From positions 1 through 33,243 of the forward strand of contig QYPU01000022.1 in assembly GCA_007280145.1 (NCBI GenBank): 33,243 nucleotides of DNA, given 5' to 3'. The notes under the pieces were generated by a model that was not told where the DNA came from, searched no databases, and saw nothing but the letters and a program-made list of their open reading frames with translations. Positions 28,001 through 33,243 of the stretch are shown piece by piece (position 1 is the first letter of the stretch; every line of letters starts with the position of its first letter). A program made the translations under genes and the position numbers. Source of the stretch: Dehalococcoidia bacterium (GTDB lineage: Bacteria > Chloroflexota > Dehalococcoidia > GIF9 > UBA5629).

Positions 28001-28999
28001 ATCACCAGTGGTTTACCTCGAGTAGAGGAATTATTTGAGGCTAGAGTGCCGAAAGGAGTGGCCATTATTTGTGAAATCGATGGCACTGCTGAGGTGATTG
28101 ATACTCAGGAAGTACGAAGAATTAGAGTTACCAGTTCTGAATCCTATCTGGATGAATATCCGTTGCCGCCAGAAACCGAGGTGCTTGTAGGCAATGGGGA
28201 ATGGGTCGAGGCTGGAACAAGACTTGCTACTTCGGTATCATCGTCGTCTGATGAGTCAGCTCCAGACCAAAAGTTAGCCGTTGTTGAAGAACACCCGGTG
28301 ATAGCTAGAGTTGCTGGTAGTGTAGTTATTGAGGACGGACATTTTTATATTCGGTATGAGGAAAGGGAAGAGCGAGAATATATAGTCCCGTCTGGAAATC
28401 ATATTCGCATTGAATCAGGCGATAAGGTGAAAGCCGGGGGCCAACTTATTGATGGGGCTGTCGATCCTCAAGATATTCTGCGCATTATGGGGAGAGAAGC
28501 AGTACAGCGACACCTGGTTGAGGAAGTGCAGAAGGTCTATCGGTCGCAGGGGGTAAATATAAACGACAAACATATTGAAATTATTACCCGCCAGATGCTC
28601 AGGCGAGTACGTGTCGAATCCCCCGGTGATACAGAGCTTCTATCTGGTGACTTAATTGACCGCTTCGACTACGAGAGCATAAATGCTAAGGTGTTAGCTG
28701 AAGGAGGTGAGCCAGCTACTGCCCAGACTGTCCTACTCGGTATTACCCGGGCTTCATTGGCGACAGATAGTTGGTTAGCTGCAGCCTCTTTCCAAGAGAC
28801 CACTCGAGTGCTTGCTAAGGCGTCAATTTGGGGAAAAACAGACAAGCTTCTTGGCTTAAAGGAGAATGTGATTATCGGCAGGCTTATTCCATCTCAGGTT
28901 TTATCCTTGACTGAGACTGAGGAAACTGAAGAGGTGACCCCGCAGCTAGATACCTCGATGTTGCTGGGGGAAGCACCCCCGGAAGTATCGCTTAGTTGA
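25061..28999 (+). CDS. rpoC: DNA-directed RNA polymerase beta' subunit
   Basis: 1312 aa. It has the zinc motif [20 protein letters not shown], the catalytic [14 protein letters not shown], and the trigger-loop/bridge blocks [26 protein letters not shown]. It starts 9 nt after the rpoB stop. Confidence 0.97.
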   Translation: MIEVNDFNAIRISLASPEQIRSWSYGEVTEPETINYRTLRPEKDGLFCERIFGPTKNYECYCGKYKKIRYRGVTCDRCGVTVEHSRVRRTRMGHIELATPVAHIWYAKGVPSRLALLLDISPRNLERVLYFARYIIISVDEAARQGIIKQLKDKLSEQTAEREQVMENQVAEVEAEAQSHLKQETLERANELRRGFLDEKAGLRDEIQAKIAAIEDIQPRRLISESQYREFRRGYGDFFEAGMGAEAILRILQDKDIDPEKLRRELIEEVRSSSGQRRKKASKRLRVVEAFWRSGNKPEWMIVTVLPVLPPELRPIVQLDGGRFATSDLNDLYRRVINRNNRLRRLIDLGAPEIIICNEKRMLQEAVDSLIDNGRKGRVPTVGSNRKLKSLSDMLRGKQGRFRQNLLGKRVDYSGRSVIVVGPELKLHQCGLPKHMALELFKPFVMHRLIEQGYAHNIKSARRQVERARPEVWDILAEVVKERPVLLNRAPTLHRLSIQAFEPVLIDGSAIQFHPLACTAFNADFDGDQMAVHVPLSRAAVREAREQMISTHNMLLPSCGEPVMTPTLDIVLGCYYLTNIRPKAKGEGLLFSDFEEAKLAYELGVVSLDAEIEVRAEDVGAQRLKTSVGRILFNDVLPPEFRFCNQTMGKADLKRLVSDCHRLLGDASVAVMLDNLKQLGFEYATKSGTTIASSDVEVPRNKAKLLEEGDEKVAVIESQFKRGLITDDERYNSVIQVWTETTDKITETISQSLDRYGGLYMMATSGAKGNISQIRQMAGMRGLMTDPSGRIIEFPIKSSLREGLSVMEYFMSTHGARKGLADTALRTSDAGYLTRRLVDVAQDLIISQEDCGTEEGIWLFEKGEKGLLASLYDRLVGRLAAADISDPATGELIVCRNEEIDEEKARRITEAGVTQVYVRSPLCCHSRRGICQYCYGRDLARRGLIQPSVAVGIIAAQSIGEPGTQLTLRTFHTGGVAGLDITSGLPRVEELFEARVPKGVAIICEIDGTAEVIDTQEVRRIRVTSSESYLDEYPLPPETEVLVGNGEWVEAGTRLATSVSSSSDESAPDQKLAVVEEHPVIARVAGSVVIEDGHFYIRYEEREEREYIVPSGNHIRIESGDKVKAGGQLIDGAVDPQDILRIMGREAVQRHLVEEVQKVYRSQGVNINDKHIEIITRQMLRRVRVESPGDTELLSGDLIDRFDYESINAKVLAEGGEPATAQTVLLGITRASLATDSWLAAASFQETTRVLAKASIWGKTDKLLGLKENVIIGRLIPSQVLSLTETEETEEVTPQLDTSMLLGEAPPEVSLS

Positions 29000-29046
29000 A
29001 CTAGAGTTGAGGAAATTTAACTATATTCAAAATTGAAGCTGAGGTT

Positions 29047-29084
29047 AGAAGAATCCCCGCCACATGGCGGGGATTCTTCTGTTA
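29047..29084 (+). terminator. Intrinsic terminator after rpoC
   Basis: A 15-bp perfect stem, AGAAGAATCCCCGCC-ACAT-GGCGGGGATTCTTCT, is followed by GTT. The T-tract is partly inside the stem. Confidence 0.65.
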
Positions 29085-29119
29085 ATTGTCATCAGCTTTT
29101 ATTTGCTAGCACTGGGTTG

Positions 29120-29128
29120 TGATATAAT
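29120..29128 (+). promoter_or_regulatory. Extended -10 promoter element upstream of ruvB
   Basis: TGATATAAT, about 30 nt upstream of ATG 29158. A weak TTGCTA lies at 29103-29108 at sub-optimal spacing. Confidence 0.4.
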
Positions 29129-29157
29129 TTTAGTAAGTTTTATTTGGTTTTTTAACG

Positions 29158-30198
29158 ATGCGAGATAGAGAGGTAGCAACACGGATAATATCGGGTAAGC
29201 CCAGCACTGAGGATGTTTCTCTGGATTCTAACCTTCGGCCAAAGCACCTGATTGATTTTATCGGGCAAGATAAGGTCAAAGGTAACCTTGAAATAGCTAT
29301 TGTTGCTGCTCAAAAACGTGGAGAGGCATTAGACCATGTTCTCCTTTACGGGCCACCTGGCTTAGGAAAAACTACATTAGCCTATATTATCGCTGTTGAA
29401 ATGGGGGTCAATATTAAAGTTAGCTCGGGTCCAGCAATAGAGCGTCCGGGGGACTTGGCAGCTATCTTAACTAACCTGCAAAGAGGTGATATCCTTTTTA
29501 TTGATGAGATTCATCGACTTAGCCGAGTGGTAGAAGAAATTCTTTATCCGGCAATGGAAGATTTTGCTATAGATATAGTTCTTGGTAAAGGCCCGGGAGC
29601 CAGAAGTCTGCGCTTAAAGCTACCTCGTTTTACCCTGATTGGAGCTACTACCCGCTATGCTTTAATGAGTTCTCCTTTGAGAGACAGATTTGGTGCTACT
29701 TATCGTCTTGATTTCTATGATGAACTGGCCATAGAGACAATATTAAGACGCTCATCAAGTATTCTTAGTATAGAGGTAAAGGAAGCTGGTTTTAGCCAGA
29801 TTGCCTGCCGGGCTCGAGGAACACCACGGGTAGCTAATCGACTTCTAAGACGAGTGCGTGACTATGCTCAGGTGATGGCAAACGGAGTGGTTACCGAATC
29901 TGTGGCCATTGAGGCGCTTTCTAAGCTGGAGATTGACCACCTTGGTTTGGATGAGATAGACCATAAGGTTCTGCATACTATAATTGAAAAGTTTGATGGC
30001 GGGCCAGTTGGTCTTGATACTATTGCTGCTTCTATCAATGAGGAAGCAGATACTATAATGGACGTTTATGAACCTTACCTCCTTCAACTAGGGTTCCTGG
30101 ACCGGACACCTCGAGGTAGAGTAGCTACTAGACTTGCCTGTGAACACTTAGGGGTTGCTTATAAAAAAGGACAGTCATCTCAGGCAAACTTGTGGTAA
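29158..30198 (+). CDS. ruvB: Holliday junction branch-migration helicase RuvB
   Basis: Walker A is [14 protein letters not shown] and Walker B is [10 protein letters not shown]. The sensor block [21 protein letters not shown] and the C-terminal winged helix are present. Confidence 0.95.
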   Translation: MRDREVATRIISGKPSTEDVSLDSNLRPKHLIDFIGQDKVKGNLEIAIVAAQKRGEALDHVLLYGPPGLGKTTLAYIIAVEMGVNIKVSSGPAIERPGDLAAILTNLQRGDILFIDEIHRLSRVVEEILYPAMEDFAIDIVLGKGPGARSLRLKLPRFTLIGATTRYALMSSPLRDRFGATYRLDFYDELAIETILRRSSSILSIEVKEAGFSQIACRARGTPRVANRLLRRVRDYAQVMANGVVTESVAIEALSKLEIDHLGLDEIDHKVLHTIIEKFDGGPVGLDTIAASINEEADTIMDVYEPYLLQLGFLDRTPRGRVATRLACEHLGVAYKKGQSSQANLW

Positions 30199-30398
30199 AG
30201 GTTATCGGAAGTCTTTTCCTCTTTGTGTGCGTTGTGCTGCTTCCATGGCAAGTTGTCGTTGAGACCAGGGGGCTTTAGGCCACGATTTAAAGCCGATGTG
30301 TTGACAGAGCTATTGCCTGCTGGAAAAGCTTACCCTTTATTGCCCCCAGCACCATAGTGCATTTACAGCTGGTAGGAAAGATGTGTTAAGCTGGAAGT

Positions 30399-30839
30399 AT
30401 GATGAGCCCTAGAAGTAAAATTATTATCTTGCTTCTCTTGACTACTTTGCTGCTACTAGCTTGCCAACAGCCACCTGGGGTGGCTAAAGTAACTCAGGTT
30501 ATTGATGGCGATACTATTGTCATTGAGGGTGGTTATCATGTGCGTTATGTTGGCATTGATGCTCCGGAGAAGGATGAGTCCTACTACTTAGAAGCAAAGC
30601 AGGCAAATGAGGAACTAGTGGAAGGCAAAAAGGTTAGGTTGGAGAAAGACATTTCAAATAAAGATAAATATGGAAGGCTGCTACGCTATGTTTATGTTGA
30701 CGGCACCTTTGTTAATGCCGAGATGGTAAGACAGGGCTATGCTTGTGCTAAAGCTTATCTACCTGATGTTAAATATCAGGTCTATTTAGAGGCGATGGAA
30801 AAAGAGGCTAGACAGGCAAAAAAGGGAAGCTGGAGGTGA
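30399..30839 (+). CDS. Thermonuclease (staphylococcal nuclease/SNase family), predicted lipoprotein
   Basis: It has a signal peptide with lipobox LLAC. The SNase blocks VIDGDTIVIEGGYHVRYVGIDAPE and DKYGRLLRYVYVDGTFVNAEMVRQGYA are present. Confidence 0.85.
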   Translation: MMSPRSKIIILLLLTTLLLLACQQPPGVAKVTQVIDGDTIVIEGGYHVRYVGIDAPEKDESYYLEAKQANEELVEGKKVRLEKDISNKDKYGRLLRYVYVDGTFVNAEMVRQGYACAKAYLPDVKYQVYLEAMEKEARQAKKGSWR

Positions 30840-30939
30840 AAATAGTCCTTTTCTTTCTTAGGTTTTTGGTTTTGATGATTGGTTTAGTTGATAAGAAGTG
30901 CAAAATCTGGTTTATCCGTCCAGTTTTAGCGAGTTGCAA

Positions 30940-31842
30940 TTAACTTTCTCTTATCCTGCGTTCTATCAATGCCGGCCCAAGAAAAAGAAACAAGGACAGC
31001 AAAATTAGAAGTAGCCAAGTCCAGAAATTGATGGCATTCTCGGTAGCTGAAGCTACTATTGCCAAAACTAGAATTTCAAGGGTTAACAGAGCGCTAGCTT
31101 TAGCCCAGCGTTGTCTGATACGAATGAAAATTGCCACAGTTACTGCCAATGCCATGAAACTCAAAGCGATCCATGGAGCAATCCCATAAAGATGTTCATA
31201 CCACGGGAGCCTTTCCCCTATTCCTAACGTTAATATCCAGCTTAACACTATAGGAATAGGAAGCAACATTAATGATGCAAACAACCAGTCCTTTTTTATA
31301 ATTTGTTTGGTTAGCAAAGCTAGGACAATTATGGCTAGAGGGGCGTAGGCAACAGCTGCAAACCATGTCCAGCCACCAGGTAAGTAAATCAATAGAATAC
31401 CAATAGCTATTACTGGCATCAGGCAATAACCTAGCCAGGGGAATAGCCATATTGGTTTGCTGTGACACCAGCCGTAGATAACGACACCAATGACTGCGAT
31501 TAAAATACCTGCTAACCAGGTTGCGCTTTGCCAGCAGTGCAAAGCGAAGAGTGCGGCAATCAGAAGATGGGGTAAAGCGGCAAATAGAGCTTGCCGCCAG
31601 CTGCCCTGGCTGTATACTTCATATATTTGCCGAGCAATAAGTTGGGGAGAGCCCAGAAGCTGTGCCGCAAGTCCGCTTACATCTTCTTCAGATAGCCCAG
31701 ATTCTCTTAATTCCTGGCTTTTATCCTCGAGGTGTGCTTGGAGTTCTCGCATCACATCGCTTTCAGTTGTAGGATCAAGCCTCAGGTAACCTTTGAACCT
31801 GTCCAGGTAGTTTAACTGGGTTGTCATTGTCCTGTTAGCCAC
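30940..31842 (-). CDS. PadR-associated polytopic membrane protein with an N-terminal cytoplasmic helical module (DUF1700/HAAS-like)
   Basis: 300 aa. The N-terminal 70 aa are soluble (YLDRFKGYLRLDPTTESDVMRELQAHLEDKSQELRESGLSEEDV) and are followed by about 7 TM segments. Its start overlaps the padR stop by 8 nt. Confidence 0.6.
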   Translation of the reverse strand: MANRTMTTQLNYLDRFKGYLRLDPTTESDVMRELQAHLEDKSQELRESGLSEEDVSGLAAQLLGSPQLIARQIYEVYSQGSWRQALFAALPHLLIAALFALHCWQSATWLAGILIAVIGVVIYGWCHSKPIWLFPWLGYCLMPVIAIGILLIYLPGGWTWFAAVAYAPLAIIVLALLTKQIIKKDWLFASLMLLPIPIVLSWILTLGIGERLPWYEHLYGIAPWIALSFMALAVTVAIFIRIRQRWAKASALLTLEILVLAIVASATENAINFWTWLLLILLSLFLFLGPALIERRIRES

Positions 31843-32170
31843 TTGCTGGTTGTATAACTAAGTCCATGGCAGCAGAAAAATTTTGCCATACCGTTAATCT
31901 CTCAGTCAAGGCTTTCTGCCCCTTTTGTGTTATATAGTAATAGCGTCTTTCCTGCCCGGTTGGTAATCTTTGCCATTTACCTTGAATAACCCCAGCTTTC
32001 TCCAGACGGTGAAGAGCCGGATAAAGAGTGCCTTCCTTGAACTGAAAATAGCCGTTGCTCCTTTTTTCTAGTTCTTTTATGATTTGGTAACCATACATTG
32101 GCTGGTAATTAATTAGCCAAAGAAGCAAGGAGTCAGTATTGCCCTTAAGTAATTCACGTCCGTAATTCAC
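31835..32170 (-). CDS. PadR-family transcriptional regulator
   Basis: 111 aa. LLLWLINYQPMYGYQIIKELEKRSNGYFQFKEGTLYPALHRLEKAGVI is the canonical PadR wHTH. Confidence 0.9.
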   Translation of the reverse strand: MNYGRELLKGNTDSLLLWLINYQPMYGYQIIKELEKRSNGYFQFKEGTLYPALHRLEKAGVIQGKWQRLPTGQERRYYYITQKGQKALTERLTVWQNFSAAMDLVIQPASG

Positions 32171-32247
32171 TTTGTCACCTCAGTAAGCTAAAATCTTTGT
32201 TTTAAGGATAGCATTAGCGGCTATTGCCGTCAAATGTGCGGCTTTAA

Positions 32248-32276
32248 TTGACAAAAAATATTTTTGGTTGTATATT
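32248..32276 (+). promoter_or_regulatory. Promoter of the stand-alone 5S rRNA gene
   Basis: TTGACA (32248-32253), a 17-nt spacer, then TATATT (32271-32276), about 33 nt upstream of the 5S 5' end. Confidence 0.55.
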
Positions 32277-32309
32277 TAGTAGTAGCCTGTATTATAGTTC
32301 AATTCTAAT

Positions 32310-32429
32310 CCTCTGGTGGTTAGAGCGAGGTGGAACCACCCGTTCACATCCCGAACACGGAAGTGAAACGCCTCAGCGCAGACGATACTAGGGGGGCAAC
32401 TCTTTGGGAAAATATGCCACTGCCAGAGG
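32310..32429 (+). rRNA. rrf: 5S ribosomal RNA
   Basis: About 120 nt. Helix I pairs CCTCTGG with CCAGAGG. The conserved core CCCGAACACGGAAGTGAAACGCCTCAGCGC aligns with bacterial 5S (compare E. coli CCGAACTCAGAAGTGAAACGCCGTAGCGC). Confidence 0.9.
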
Positions 32430-32571
32430 CTTTTAAGAACCTAGTAGAGCCAGGCTCGTTGTAGTGTACAGAATTTCATAAGTGTTTTGATTTAGCAAGC
32501 TGGATATTACGTGATTTAAATGTGTGGAGATAGATTGAAGCTAGTAGAGGATGTAAAGACTGGGGGTAAAT

Positions 32572-33243
32572 ATGGCTAGCAGGTTTGAGAAGTTTTCAGA
32601 GCGGGCTCGCCGATCTCTGACCCGAGCGCAGGAAGAAGCCCAGCATTTTGGGCACAATTATATTGATACTGAGCATATATTGCTGGGCTTGGTAGCTGAA
32701 GAGGAAGGTGTAGCTAGTAAGGTTTTAAATAACTTAGGTGTGTCAGCAAGCAAGATACGAGCAGCGGTGGAGTTTGTGATAGGGCGGGGAGAAAGAGCGA
32801 GCATCGGTGAAGTTGGGCTTACCCCTCGGGCAAAGAGGGTTATTGAGCTTGCAGTGGATGAGGCACGCCGTCTTAACCATAATTACATTGGCACTGAGCA
32901 TCTTTTATTAGGCCTGCTACGTGAACGTGAGGGAGCAGCCGTCGGAGTTCTGGATAGCTTTGGTATTACACTAGAGCGAGTACAAACTGAGATCGACACC
33001 CTTCTAAGCCAAGGTGCATCTCAGCCCCATGCTGCTGCTCGAGGTACGGCTCGAACACCAGTTTTGGACCAACTTGGTATTGATTTAACCTCTGCAGCTC
33101 GAGCTGGCAAGCTCGATCCTGTCATTGACCGCGATAAAGAGATTGAGCGAGTGATTCAGATACTTAGTCGTCGTACTAAAAATAATCCAGCACTTATAGG
33201 TGAACCGGGTGTTGGCAAAACAGCGGTTGTAGAGGGTTTGGCA
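32572..33243 (+). CDS. clpC: ATP-dependent Clp protease ATP-binding subunit ClpC (Clp/Hsp100), N-terminal 224 codons; the 3' end lies outside the window
   Basis: The frame is open from ATG 32572 to the window end. There are two Clp_N repeats ([33 protein letters not shown] and [33 protein letters not shown]). These are followed by [44 protein letters not shown] (Walker A). Confidence 0.92.
   Translation, partial: MASRFEKFSERARRSLTRAQEEAQHFGHNYIDTEHILLGLVAEEEGVASKVLNNLGVSASKIRAAVEFVIGRGERASIGEVGLTPRAKRVIELAVDEARRLNHNYIGTEHLLLGLLREREGAAVGVLDSFGITLERVQTEIDTLLSQGASQPHAAARGTARTPVLDQLGIDLTSAARAGKLDPVIDRDKEIERVIQILSRRTKNNPALIGEPGVGKTAVVEGLA

Noticed and set aside
30265-30295. 7-bp stem GGCTTTA...TAAAGCC in the ruvB-nuclease spacer
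   Set aside because: The stem is short and AT-rich with a long loop, there is no T-tract and no conservation evidence. It is probably fortuitous.
32441-32549. 9-bp repeat CTAGTAGAG occurring twice exactly 100 nt apart between the 5S gene and clpC; I also looked for a CtsR operator
   Set aside because: A 9-mer repeated once can arise by chance. No GGTCAAA-type CtsR heptad repeat is present, and no ctsR, mcsA or mcsB genes precede clpC. I cannot support a regulatory call.

Overview
The window is a chromosomal segment of moderate GC content. Nearly all of it is coding, and I found no IS elements, CRISPR array or prophage genes. The gene content suggests a monoderm anaerobe of the Chloroflexota/Dehalococcoidia type. 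This rests on anabolic-type 2-oxoacid:ferredoxin oxidoreductases, NuoE/NuoF-like 'hym' genes, a Gram-positive-type LexA box, lipobox-anchored solute-binding proteins and an unlinked 5S rRNA; it is an inference, not a database result.

Gene order:
- Partial Na+-pumping decarboxylase beta subunit, then a CBS-domain protein and a cation/H+ antiporter.
- tRNA-Arg(CCG) directly abutting a six-gene pyruvate:ferredoxin oxidoreductase (porGD-porA-porB) plus NuoE/NuoF/FeS-protein cluster.
- tRNA-Pro(UGG).
- On the minus strand, lexA with tandem SOS boxes, followed by two small uncharacterised genes.
- On the minus strand, a FrhB-like flavo-FeS protein with iorA-iorB.
- On the minus strand, a cluster of an ornithine-cyclodeaminase (OCD)-family protein, TRAP transporter dctPQM and an opine dehydrogenase, with an adjacent IclR-type regulator.
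- rpoB-rpoC with their own consensus promoter, then ruvB without ruvA.
- A secreted thermonuclease and a PadR/membrane-sensor pair.
- A stand-alone 5S rRNA with its own promoter, and the 5' part of clpC.

The most interesting observations:
1. PFOR is translationally coupled to an NAD(P)H-flavoprotein module that has no catalytic hydrogenase or formate dehydrogenase (FDH) subunit.
2. Two unknown small proteins lie in the lexA operon.
3. A TRAP/opine-dehydrogenase/OCD island has a clear promoter-operator and a T10 tract in the promoter spacer.
4. A FrhB-like protein heads the ior operon.
5. The 5S rRNA gene is an orphan.

All functional calls come from motif recognition by eye. No searches were run.
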